A stretch of 63,289 nt of DNA, filler included, from Saprolegnia diclina VS20 (lineage: Eukaryota): assembly GCF_000281045.1 (NCBI RefSeq). It is 4 parts of 2 records of this genome, joined end to end, with 100 filler letters (N's around TTAATTAATTAA, not from the genome) between each part and the next. Parts side by side here need not be neighbours in the genome. Positions count along the whole stretch, not along the records: positions 16,191 to 32,063 come from NW_008246069.1; positions 32,164 to 62,189 come from NW_008246069.1; 2 more parts are not named here. One strand, written 5' to 3'. The notes below the pieces were generated by a model. That model saw only the letters and a program-made list of their open reading frames with translations. It did not search any database and had not been told where the DNA came from. Below are positions 22,413 to 34,290 of the stretch, piece by piece. Made by a program: the position numbers and the translations under genes. How positions within the stretch are numbered: position 1 is the first letter of the stretch; each line of letters begins with the position of its first letter.

Positions 22413-24534
22413 TGCTACTGGGCCGCGCAAGGCCATTGGCTGCGTCCACCGTCGTCTCGTGTATTTTTAGCGAATCGAATGGATTCATTTTGCTTTCCTT
22501 CCAACGAGCGGTCGCGCGCTTCTGCTTAACGGCAGCCTCAATACTACGCGGTGATGGCGCGGTGTCTCTCCGAGCTGCATATGTCTTGTTTCAGCACGCC
22601 GCGCTCGTGGGCGGTGACGACCAACGACAGACCGATGCGTTGGTATCTTTGCTGTTGAAGTTGTCACATCAACAGCAAAAACGTGATGGTGCTCGCTTTA
22701 AAGGACTTTCTCGTTGCACAATGGGTATTTCACACGTCCAGTCCACATCATTTTTCGCGCCCACACCGCCATACAAAGTTTGGTATGAAAAGTTTGAATG
22801 TTGGTGGGTGGTATCGAGATGCTGTTTCTCACGTGTGGGAACACACGTGTAAAACCCGTCGACGACGCATGCAACACGTAATGGCTGGCATGGAGGGAGT
22901 TTACCTTCAACGACCTCCAAAATTCACCACTGAAATCTTCTCACCATGGTATCGCAAGACCTTGCGGGACCTTTCTGATACGAGACCGACGGCATCTCTC
23001 GAGGACTGTAGAGGACGACTACCTGCGACTGGGCGACCCTTGGAGGGGAATAGACCACGCAGCCAGCGCGGGAGTGTTTTTGTTGCCTGTCTACGATCCA
23101 AGCAACGTCCTTTCATTGGCCCACATTCATGAAACCGGATAAAATGCACCAATCAGTGCCCGCACGTCTTGAAGCGACAATGCACATCTCCCCTCTCAGA
23201 ACTGATACAACCGGGCCGGCGCGAACTCGCGAAGCGCTGCTCGTGCAAGGAGGTTTTGCAGCTCCGAGCTTGCTGTGCCTGCTCTAGTACTAGCACACAT
23301 AATGCAGTCGGAATAAAGCAAAAAAATTCTTGTTCTCGTGCATTTGGCATGGAAACTAAGATGAACCCACGATCCAATCACTGGATTCCGGTGGTCGGCG
23401 GTCTCGTGCACAAAGAACCCACGGCGTATCGCTGGAGGTCACGCCCTTGGAACATCTATCTACAAGGGGACATTTCGCGTTGAAATCTCGGGGGTATGCA
23501 CGCGGATGCATGTCCATTGATGGAAAAAGCAGCGTCCGACGGCTTCCGATACGCCTCGGAGACTTGATAAGCACAGCAGATCCGGATACGCAGGCCAACG
23601 CCACGCATGAGTAACGCGTTTGCATCCGGATCTTTGAAGGAGGGAGAGAATCATTGCTGCACGCGATGTGTATAAAACATAATCGGTTTCAAACATGTTG
23701 AAAACACGCACCGTTGTGAGCGCTTGGTCACCTCGCCATTGGAGTCATGACCCCAGCACTGCAGATGCCTCGATTCCATTAGAAGTACGAACGGCCATAT
23801 TGCGATCTTCTTTTGTTTCGCGAGGACGCATAATAAGTCAGCGCGTTCTCCTTGTCACCAGTTCAGCCAAGATACCACCCGCCACATGAGCGTTTCGCGC
23901 CTTCCAAGATGTCGTACAACTCCTTTCGCACCCAGGACTCGACACTTAAGATGTAGCGATCTGCTGACCCTCCTGCAAGCATGGCGATAACGAACGGCTG
24001 TCGCGACCCACCGACTTCTCGCATCCCGACTCGCTCGATGGGTGCAAAGGTGTCAACAGCCTACACGGTGCGATGCAGCGGCTGCGTAGTGTCGAGACGA
24101 CACGGGTGGTGCGTCGTCCAACTTGCTGACATGACGAGTTGGTGGACACTTGATCCAGATTGTCATCTTGAGCGATTGCATTCTCAGTTGCACAGTGTTG
24201 GACTCGGCGACGCGCAATGGGTGCACTTCGCATGGAGAGCTTCGACATAAGGGTACCGTGATGTGTCATGCGCATGGCGCGTTGCGCTAAGAGCAGACGA
24301 CCGGTGGTTGCTGTTAGCGATCGCGATCTTATGGCAAGCGTGAATGGCGAGAGGTGTTTAAAACACACGACCGAACTGCGGTGTCGTCTGTGGGCGCTGA
24401 TTGGTCAAAATGCATGCTGCTCGCCGATTCGTGGAAATTGGCATTTTTTCTTTTGAATTTTTATACTCTCATTTCGTGTTTGGCACCTTCCATTGAAGAC
24501 TCGCCGAGGGGACGGACCGCGGGACGTACGAAGC

Positions 24535-26637
24535 ATGAACAACATGAACGGTATGAACATGAACCCGATGGGCGGCGGCATGAACATGAACTCGAACATG
24601 GGCGGCATGAACCCCAACATGGCCGGCGCGATGAACCCGAACATGGGCCACCACGGCGGCATGATGAACCCGTCCAGCATGCACCACATGCCCGGCATGG
24701 CGAACGGCGGTATGCCCATGAACATGGGCATGGGCATGGGCATGCCCGGCAGCAACGGCGGCAACGGCGGCGGCAACCCCTCGGCCATGAACCCGATGGG
24801 CATGCCCGGCATGGGCGGCCACATGCCGTCGCACCACGGCCAGCCCCACGGCCACCACATGATGGGCATGAACGGCATGCCCCAGATGCAGCAGATGAGC
24901 CACAACATGAACATGGGCATGCACATGGGCCAAGGCGGCGCGCCCAACATGTCCAACTCGTACGCGATGCCGCCCTCGAACCCGTCGTACCCGCCGCCGT
25001 CGACCGCGCCGCCATCGAACGGCCAGAGCATCGCCAACATGGAGTGGCGCGCGCAGTTTACGAGGGAGCACCGGACCAACTTGATCGCCAAGATGTACAA
25101 CGAAATGGTTCGCGTCTCGACCGACCCGCCCGGCATTGCGCTCTGGATCAACGTCGCATGGTTTGAGCTCAAGTTGTACAAGGAGTGCCAAACGCAGGTA
25201 TTGCTTCATCGACGTCCTTGACCACATTCTCATTGTGTGTGTATATTGTAGGAAGACTACATCAACAAGATTCTCAAGCGCCTGCAGCACCTCAAGACGC
25301 AGGCGGGCGACATGAACCCGATGGGCCACAACATGATGCCAGGCCACGGCATGCCGGGTCGCGACGCTAATGGCATGTACATGCAGCAGCCGCCGTACGG
25401 TCAGACGCCAGGCCTCAACATCAACACGTCGAACGGTCCGTCGTTCCCCAACACGTCGGGCTCCAACAGCGGCGGCCCGAGCTCGGCCAACACGCCCAAG
25501 CACACACAGCCTGGCGCCAACAACAACGGCCCGAACACCAACAACAACAACAATGGACCCAACAAGGGACCCGGTGGCAAGCAGCCGCTCAACCCGCAGC
25601 AGCTGCAACAGCAGCAACAGCAACAGCAGCAGCAGCACCAGCAAGGCGGCCCAAACCAGGGCAACAAGCCGCCGCACATGATGCCGCCGTCGCAGCAGAA
25701 CCAACAACCCAACAAGATGGGCAGCAGCAACCCGTCGCCGCAGCCGAACGAACAGTCGTTCATGGCGCAGATGTCCGGCGGTCCGCCCGCCAACACCAAC
25801 CCAGTCGAGTACTGGCGGCAGGTACACACCCATCTTTCATACACAAGTATCAAGATTTCAACTCGATAGCACGCGCAACTCAAGGCCAAGTACCTCGCCG
25901 ACGTCAACACGGTGCACAATGCGTTTCGCAAGTACGTCGAGCACATGAAGGACCAGAACGAGAGCGAGCAAAAGAAGAAGCTCACGTACCTCCTCGGCTA
26001 CGTGCAGCTGTGTGCATCGATCCTCTCGGAAGACGCGTCATCGGCGCCGGCCCGGCACATTGACGAGCTCGAGAAGGTCAACAAGTACGTCATCAAGATC
26101 GTGCACCCGTACCTCAAGAAGCTCAAGAGTGAGAAGGACAAGCGCAGCTCGGCGTCCAACACGCCGCAAAACCAAATGCCTCCGTCGCACAATGGCGGTG
26201 GCAGTATGGGCAACAACCCGCAAGCGATGAGCTTTGAGATGATGATGCGCAACTCGATGTCGGGCCCGCCGGCGGCCAACGGCGGTAGCAACAACCTCTA
26301 CCAGCAGATGATGGCCAAGAACAGCTCGATGATGATGGACGACTACGGCATGGGCATGCCCAGCAGCAACGGCAACGGCAACGGCTATGGCAACCAGTAC
26401 GGCGGCAACCCCAACATGGGCGGCTTCAACATGGCGTCGTACGGCAGCACCATGGGCGGCAACGACGGCAACGACATGATGGGCACCAACTCGATGGACT
26501 CGAACCTCCTCGATTTCGACAATGGCCTCGGCATGGGCATGGCCGACGGCAACAGCAACGGCAACGGCAACGGCTCCAACAGCTCCAACGACGACGGCGG
26601 CGACGGCGACCTCATGAACATGGTCGAAGCGCTGTAA
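24535..26637 (+). CDS. MED15: Mediator subunit Med15-like (plant MED15a-type KIX plus central helical domain) with M/G/N/Q-rich low-complexity regions, 3 exons
   Basis: KIX-like EWRAQFTREHRTNLIAKM..FELKLYKECQTQEDYINKI; second helical domain YWRQHAQLKAKYLADV..KKKLTYLL. Introns 25198-25251 and 25822-25869. Confidence 0.7.
25597..25644 (+). repeat. CAG/CAA poly-Gln tract in the Med15-like gene
   Basis: Encodes QQLQQQQQQQQQQHQQ. Confidence 0.85.
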
Positions 26638-26995
26638 ATCGTAGGCGTGTGTAGTTTATATTAAGTTTCAGTTTAAAATGCGACGAGTGTGGTGTCCAAC
26701 GCCCTAATGCAATATGTCATTCGGCCACTGACGTAGATGTATCTGTGTCCATGATCATGACAGGATGTGACGATCATGACAGGATGACGAGGTTGCAGGA
26801 TGTGAGCGGCGAGCGGGTGTGCATGCTAAAGTAGCGTGATATTAGCCATACCATCAAATATTGTCCGGATACCGCGCCTTCGACAATGGTGCACGACAAT
26901 ATATATTGTCTCTGCCATCGGTATCCGGCGTGTCTTTGGGTGACCAGGATGGCAGACGACCGAACGAGCGCAGCTGGCCGCACGGAAGAAGAACC

Positions 26996-27825
26996 ATGCA
27001 GCGCGACGTCGACGCCCGCGGGCGCTTCCTCACGCGCATCGTCGCCGTGATTGCCGTCTTCTTCTTCACAAGTGGTAGCATCGTGCTGTACCTGGTCACG
27101 GCGCCAGGCTTGACGTCGGTGGAAACCGTGCAGCTTTTGCCCACCGTACCAACGATCGTGATCGCCGGCGACTCGCTCACGCAGTATGGCCTCGACCCAA
27201 CGGTACTTGGCTACCATACACTGCTGGCGCAAAGCTACATGCGCCGCGCTGATGTGCTCAACCGAGGCTTTGCCGGCTGGACCACGGGGTACGTCTCCTC
27301 CATCACTTTCCAGTGCTTACGACATTACGTAGTGACTTTTTGGCCGCCGCCGTGCCGCCCATGATCGCCGAGATGGCGCCGCCGTTGCTGTTGACGCTGC
27401 TGCTCGGTACGAACGACGCCGTCTTGCCCGGCAACTTGGGCCATGCGAGCGTCGCCACGTACGCATCCAATCTCGACGCGATTCTCACGGCGTTCCAAAC
27501 CGCCTTTCCGTCGACCAAGCTGTTGCTGCTGACGCCGCCGCCCGTCGTCGACGCGGTGCAAGCGGGCCAGCACTCGAACGCGGTCCTCGCCGCCTACGTC
27601 CGCGGCTGCAAGCAAGTGGGTGCGGCCCGCAACGTCCCCGTCCTCGATCTCTTTGGCAGCTGGCGCAACTCGACGGCGACGGCGTCCTATTACATTCGCG
27701 ATGGGATTCACTTGACCGTCGCTGGCAACCGCGCCCTGCACGAGCTGCTCTTGCAAGCCATCGCGTCGTCGTACCCGGCGCTCGCGCCAAATGCGCTGCG
27801 CACGTTTTATGAGCGTCAAAAGTAG
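26996..27825 (+). CDS. SGNH/GDSL esterase (IAH1-like) with N-terminal TM anchor, 2 exons
   Basis: Block I GDSLT, block II NRGFAGW, block III GTND and block V DGIHL. Intron 27289-27332. Confidence 0.9.
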
Positions 27826-28528
27826 GATCAATTCGCAAATCAGACTACGCGTTTTTCACAGATGTAGAACAAAAGCATTATCACTATCACATAGTTTGAA
27901 TTTGTATTTCCTAGGAAAGAAATGCGTAGCGCGTGGTACCAAGCACGACAAAGACTTGCATGTAAGAGGAAGAAAGCGAAGCATCGTGACAGCTTGAGCA
28001 GCGCATTTAGGAGCTCATTGGGTCGCTGGACCACGTGGTCGTACCCACACTGGCGCGAACATCGCCCGAAGCGTCGCCGCGACGTGCGACCAGTTCATAT
28101 GGAACGGGCACCGTGAGATCTGATCGAATGACACAAGGCACGTCGAGAACATCGTCTTCTTCGTACGCTGCATTGCAGTTGTAGTCGTCTGTTCATGGAC
28201 CAGCTTTGGCAGCGACAGTGGTGAGCTTGGAGCTCGGCAAGCGGGAAGCACGAGCGTTGGACTTCATCTGCAAAGGTGGCGTGGCGCTTTGGATGATGCG
28301 CGCAGTAGTCTTAGTTGCCTGGCACAAGAGCCGCGCCCGAGACTTGACCGCTGCTACTGCTGTGACCTATTATAGCGGCTGGGATCCGGGCGGACGGGCG
28401 GACGCGCGCAACATCCATGTCAATCAAATCAAAAAGAGGAGATCCCAACGACCACCTCCAGCATATGATATTCCATATTCGTTGTGAGAGGCAAGATGCT
28501 CGACAAAGTGAGCTGGGCTAAATGTCCA

Positions 28529-28566
28529 CCAATCAGAAGCCATTTATTCGCCCACAGCCACCAATC
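28529..28566 (+). promoter_or_regulatory. Paired CCAAT boxes 32 bp apart
   Basis: CCAATCAG at 28529 and 28561, upstream of the ATG at 28700. Confidence 0.55.
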
Positions 28567-28699
28567 AGATCGCTGGTTACCACTATGATTCCAGAGATTT
28601 AGCAGCCTGGCCCCAAGCTTGGCGAAGCCACGACAGCAGTTTCAGATATAAAAAGGCGGCTGGTCTAGGACAGGTCGTAACTGCATCGGAGATCGTGCG

Positions 28700-31600
28700 A
28701 TGGGTCGCTTCACGACGTGGTTGCATCTCGAGTCGGCCGTGGGCCTCCTCTATGTACTGCTCTCGCTGGCTTGCTGCGTCTACTACACGCGTTTACTCAA
28801 GCCCACCTTTGCCAACGACCTTTGGTGGGCCGGCTACAACGTGTCGGGCTACCAAGCTTTTCTCATCGATCTCGTCAACCAGTTTCTCATGACACAAGCC
28901 AACGGTACACTGGACGTACTCTTTGCGTCGGCCATGGTGCCCAAGACGTACGCGACCATCGATGCGTTCACGAGCATCTACACGCCCTACATGCACGGCG
29001 TTTGCTCCTCGGCGAGCTCACGTCCATCGAGTACGCCGTGCCAAAGCTTCGTATGCTGAGCACCTACTGGTGCATGCGCATGAACGTGCAGCACTGCTGG
29101 GTCGACTTTAACAAAACGTTCGAGATGGCCCACACGGAGCGTCGGCAAGAGCGCTGTGAGCGCAACTATAGAACCAACGCGGCCGTGTACCTCGAAGCCA
29201 TTCTGCGCAACCAAAACTGGGACGCGTACTTGGCGCTCTGGGCTGGGAATGGTCTTCGCTTCAACGTGGCGATCCAGCGCGGCCTTCAAGAAACCATCGC
29301 AGGTCGCTCGTTTCTATCGCAAATGGCAACGGCGGCCAACACAACGTCGGTGGCCGACGAACTAACCTACTGGCGGTCGTACAACTTGTCGATCTTTGAG
29401 CTGCAGTGGCAGAGTCGGTGGCAACCCGGCGTCTCTGAGACAATCATCGTCTCGAACGCCCTCGGAATGCAAGAAAATTTTACGCTGAAAGCGCTCGACC
29501 AAGTCACAGGTCCATGGTCGTCCCAGAGCCTCTTCTGGATGCCACTCAACGACTTGTACAACGGCATGACGCTGAACCGGAGCTTGATCCGGGGTTCAAG
29601 TCGCCACTTCGCCACCAACATCAGCGCAGCCTTGCCCGCCATCAACTTGGAGACGTATCGGGGCATGGCCGACAGCCGTGGCAACCTCGTCGGGAAAGCA
29701 TGGGTTTTTCATACCTTTATCGGTCCTTACCTCAGCATTGACATTCGCTACAAGCTGCGGCCATCGCCACTTGTTGCTGCGTACAACCGGTTCCAAGACG
29801 TTGTCTTAGAGCATCTCGCAACGTCGGCAGCAAGGTTTGAATCGTTTGCCAGTCTTCCGTCTGTGGTTTTGACGCCGACGCCGTCGCGCTGGAAGAGCAA
29901 CTATACGTTTTACGGAGGTGACCCGATGTGCGTCCTTGGTTCTGGTACATCGTACGTGCAGCAGTCGTTTGATTTTTACGACGACTGCTCGCAAAAGACA
30001 CCGCTCAGTGTCCAGCCACCGCCCATGTCTCTGCTCTTTGCTCTGCCGGCAACTTCTACAACCTCAAGTGCTGCGTTCTCCATGGATGTCATCTGCACAC
30101 TGTCCATAGCCCCTAACCCTTGCACAGCAGCACTCTCTGCAGCTTCCAACTGGCTGAAAGAGCTACCTATTCCACTTGACGTCTCGTCGACGCTCGAGTC
30201 ACTGCCACCGATGCTGCAGGCCACCGACACCAGTTTTATGCAATTTGACAAAGCTTCCAATGGCTCGTGGCTGCTCTTGCAACAGCCGCTGCTCGGCTCA
30301 CTGGACGACCCTTGGACGTTCTATGGCTGGTGCTTCGCAGCCGACTGGGCCACCGGACTCCGACAAGCCGCTTCGTTTGAAGGCGACGTCTCCTCGATCG
30401 TCCTTCTCTCCAACGCGTACACAAGTCAGCACTATATCACGAGCGGTCAGCCGCTTGAGACGGCCACCAAAATGATCTACTACCTCGTACTCGCGAGCAC
30501 CATTTGTCTCGTCGGTGTCGGCGGCCTCGCCTTGCTCTACACCTTCTACAGTCACTTTGACATCACGGGCCGCAATCTGCTGTGCTTCAACCGGCTCGTG
30601 GGCTCAGTCTGGGCCGGCCGCCAGCTCATGTTGATGCGCGGGATCAGCGCCATCTTGATCTTAAGCACGGCGCAGCCAAAGCTGGTGACCCAATTCGGCT
30701 ACAGCCGTCTAGTCGACGAAGCGCGCTCCTTCTGGGCGACGGGATTGCTGGCGGGCGAGGCCACATGGCTTTCGTACAGTCTGCACGAGTATCTCGTGAT
30801 TGCGCTGCCAAAACCGTTTACGCGGCTGTACGGTCCGTGGACAAATGCGCTGGCGTGGCTCACGATTCTTGTTTTGAGCTTGGTGTCGCCCGTCGGCATT
30901 GCCATGAACCTGAGTCGAACGTGCGTCGGTAACGATATGGACTATGGCCTTCTTTGCACCGCCGGCGCCATCTCGATTGGCAGTCTCAACCGCCTCGTGC
31001 TTCTTTGCAGTCTCCAAGTCGGTATCGTTGTCGCTTCCATTGGGCTTGGCTGCGGCGTCCGCCGCCTGTGCGGCGCTGAGAAAGACGACGATGACGAAGA
31101 GGAGGAAGAACAAGAGAGCTTGCTCGTGTCGGGGCTGGCCGAGGCCTTTATCACCGCCGACCCGCGCTGCGACGCCGGTCGTGTCTATGACCCTGTGACG
31201 TGCGTTCTCTGCGGGCTCCTCCCTCTCTCGTACAATGGCCATCGGTATATCTTTGACCTCAAGCTGTGGAGCTTGCTTCCGGATACGATCTCAACCCACG
31301 TGGCGCGGGCCGCCCCTGAGGCGTCCCTCGTCGCGACGCAGTCGCACATCACGAGCACCGCTTTCTCCGTGCCGTCGATGGACCTTATTCGCGTGGCCTC
31401 GGGCCGCCGCCGGCTTCGGACGCTATTGGCCGCGTTTGGCTTGCTCTACATGAGCGCTTCGATCACCGGCTCGGTCTTGTACTTCGAAGTGTGCAAAGTC
31501 AACTTGGACAACGACTTGTACTGGGCAACGTTCAACGTCACGGGCGCCCACACGTTTTTTGCGAATTGGCTCAACGAGCAGCTCATTTTGCGCGCCACAG

Positions 31601-32063
31601 CGCAGAACATTGTCCTCAACGATCCGAGCATCAACCTCCTCGGCTCCTATGCAACACCGACAGCGTTCGTCTCGACCGTCAACAACTATGGTGCCTGGCT
31701 TCAGCACAACGAACTCAGTGCGATCGAAGCCTCGATTGCGGGTCTTCGCGTCTCGGATGCGTGCAACGCGCCCTGGATCTTTACGCCGTACTGCTACCTC
31801 GACTGGAAGAAGCGATGGTCAATGGCCTACTCCAACCAGCGCCAACTGCGGTGTCAGAAGATGGAGGAAAATGCTGCCGTGTACCTCGAGTCGGTGCTGC
31901 GCAACATTGACTATGCAACCTTTGCGTATTGTTGGGGCAGTGCGTTTGAGACGGCGTTTGGTGCTGATCTGCGCCAGTCGTCCGACGGTCAAGCCTGGCT
32001 GCATTCAATGGCTACGGAGCGACTGCCGCTGCAAGATGAAATCGCGCTGTGGCGCCAGCAAAA
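28700..32063 (+). CDS. Giant multi-pass membrane protein with ~900-aa repeated module (Saprolegniales-type family); frameshift near 28991; 3' end in gap
   Basis: Internal repeats NDLWWAGYNVSG / NDLYWATFNVTG and C....NAAVYLEAILRN / C....NAAVYLESVLRN, plus multiple TM segments. Confidence 0.8.
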
Positions 32064-32163
32064 NNNNNNNNNNNNNNNNNNNNNNNNNNNNNNNNNNNNN
32101 NNNNNNNTTAATTAATTAANNNNNNNNNNNNNNNNNNNNNNNNNNNNNNNNNNNNNNNNNNNN
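32064..32163. other. Artificial contig spacer
   Basis: 44 N + TTAATTAATTAA + 44 N. Confidence 0.95.
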
Positions 32164-32519
32164 AAGCCGCGCCAGTCGACGACGTCCCGCAAGAAGTCGT
32201 CCAAGAACCGGTTGAAGAGGCGGCGGTCGAGCCCGAGGCCGCTCCCGTCGACGATGTCGTCACCAACGAAGCCAACGATGAAGCGCCAGTGGCCTCGGAA
32301 GAGAGCACGGATGCGCCATCGCCGGCCGCCGACACCGTAGTGGAAACAAAACAAGCAGCGCCATCCCCAATGGCGGCGCAACTGAAAGCCTATCGTGCGG
32401 CAGAAGACGCGCTGTTGACTTTGGCCGACGCGCCGTTGGCGACTGTCGTTCCCAGCATGCCAACCTTTACGATGAGTGCGATGGTACTCGAGGACGACGA
32501 CACGGGCGCGGTCGAGTGA
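32164..32519 (+). CDS. 3' fragment of an acidic Ala/Glu/Pro-rich hypothetical protein
   Basis: Open from the gap (AAPVDDVPQEVVQEPVEEAAVEPEAAPVDD...DDDTGAVE*) with coding-like codon use. Confidence 0.5.
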
Positions 32520-32622
32520 CCGACTATCGTTGTGTCCCTATTTATTGTCCGATTGTCCATATTGCGTAGATGTACATTGCGTCCTATTTATGAACACGAA
32601 CATGTTGTATATTCAACGCGTG

Positions 32623-33093
32623 TTAGTGCAGGAACTGCTGGTAGTAGGGTTGAATCTCTTCGCCGTTGGCGTACTTTTGCCTCACAATGTGTCGCAGGAG
32701 CTCCAGAATCTGGACCCGGTCCTGCTCGGCCTGTGCCAAACGGCGTTCGATCGGCCACGCCTCGGGCGCCGGGCCGCGCACCGCCGCCGCTTGCTGGCCC
32801 ATCTTTCGCCGCAAATAGTCGCACATGTGCACTTGGCACTTGTCCGTGGCTTGGCACACCTTGGCGTGGTAGCAGAGGAGGCCAAAGATCTTGCCGCAGT
32901 GCTTGCACTCTTCGATCTCGTCGATGCGCGACGTCGTGCGCCGCTTGGCGTAGCACTGGCTAAAGTGGTTGATGGACGCGCGCACCTTGTGGCACCGGCC
33001 GTCGTGGCTGCTGCACTCGGGCAGGCGGCACGTCGACGCGTGCAGGAGCGCCTGGTTGTACACCTGAAACTTTTGCTCCTCGGGCGTCGCCAT
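32623..33093 (-). CDS. Stand-alone TAZ-type zinc finger protein (156 aa)
   Basis: Three HCCC sites: LLHASTC..C..C, HFSQC..CKHC, YHAKVC..CQVHMC. Confidence 0.85.
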   Translation of the reverse strand: MATPEEQKFQVYNQALLHASTCRLPECSSHDGRCHKVRASINHFSQCYAKRRTTSRIDEIEECKHCGKIFGLLCYHAKVCQATDKCQVHMCDYLRRKMGQQAAAVRGPAPEAWPIERRLAQAEQDRVQILELLRHIVRQKYANGEEIQPYYQQFLH

Positions 33094-34262
33094 CGGGGGA
33101 ATAGGACACGACGCTAAATCTGTCAAAAAAATATTGATGCAACCTCATTTGAATACCTTCCTTTTGTATATGTACCACATAAAAATAGGCACTCTTGGTA
33201 TTTGTATGCATCGTGTGCTCGAGGTTCGCGCGCGCTGGGTGCGCGCGAACAAGCGCGCGCCACGTCAGACTGGCGTCGAGCCACCACACCAGGGCCTACG
33301 ACCAACGCTACGCCTACGGCTAGTGCAAATAGCTAATGGGAATTTGACATTGCACACCGCACTGCCTGGATGCGGCTCGAATGAGGACGCGACTGAAGAG
33401 ACGGCATCGCAACTCGGAAGTACTGTGTACTTAGCGGCAAAAGTGCTAGCTGCCCGGTGACTTGGCTCCTCTGGTGCCACCGACGCTCGTCATTCTAGCA
33501 TATTGAGCTAGGCGATTGTTCATCGATAACACGCTCGTCACTACGACGCGCCTTCAGTGATGGCGCTTCGTAGCCGTTGTAGCTGTCGCAGACGCCAAAC
33601 TTTGAGCTCAGTTGCTCACGACCATGTCACAGTCTCCGTGTGCAGTAGCAAGCGCTCTCTTCAGCCATAGCTTTAGCGCACTCCACAAGGCCTTGGGTAG
33701 GCGGCGGCGGCGGCGATCGACGCGCTAGACGCAGCAATGGGCATCGTCCCAGACGACCAACTTCAAGCAAGAACCAGCGAGGATTGTATGTCGTGTACTG
33801 TCTTCGTACATTCGCCTCGTATCTATGTACACGTACATCGTACAGTCCGCCGACCGAACGCCGCCACGTAATTTCGCCCACGTACTGGTCCAGAAGACGC
33901 AGAATGGAGATCGCGGCGAGGCCAAGAGGCGCTGCACCACGCAGTGCACAAGGGCGTCTTCTAGAGCTACATATGAGCCCCAAGCTTCAACGCAGTTCGA
34001 GAGAACTCGGTCGGCTCGATGGCTCGTGGCGACGCCTCTCCGAGATCGATGGGCCAATACCATGGGTCAATACAGGCCTAGCGCTGCTTCCCACAAAGTA
34101 CCGGTACTATACATCAGTGCTGCCCACTCCACGAAGCACGACTTGCCACTTGTAAGTAAAGTCCCTTGTCGGCGGTGGTCTAATGTACGGCCGTACATTG
34201 CCGTACAACGTCAGTTGAAATCTCCGGTTAAGATTGAATCCCCATCCTTCGCCCGGATCGTC

Positions 34263-34278
34263 GCACTTTGGCATTTGC
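34263..34278 (+). promoter_or_regulatory. INR+FPR core promoter of CAP
   Basis: GCACTTTGGCATTTGC 12 nt upstream of the ATG at 34291. Confidence 0.55.
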
Positions 34279-34290
34279 TGCACCTTCCCC

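Noticed and set aside
22500..24450. ~2 kb lower-GC stretch with many short ORFs, a possible TE relic
   Set aside because: No terminal repeats, transposase or RT motifs recognised
24535..33093. KIX-domain gene and TAZ-domain gene close together, suggesting a split CBP/p300
   Set aside because: Opposite strands, unrelated genes between them, and separated by an artificial contig spacer at 32064-32163
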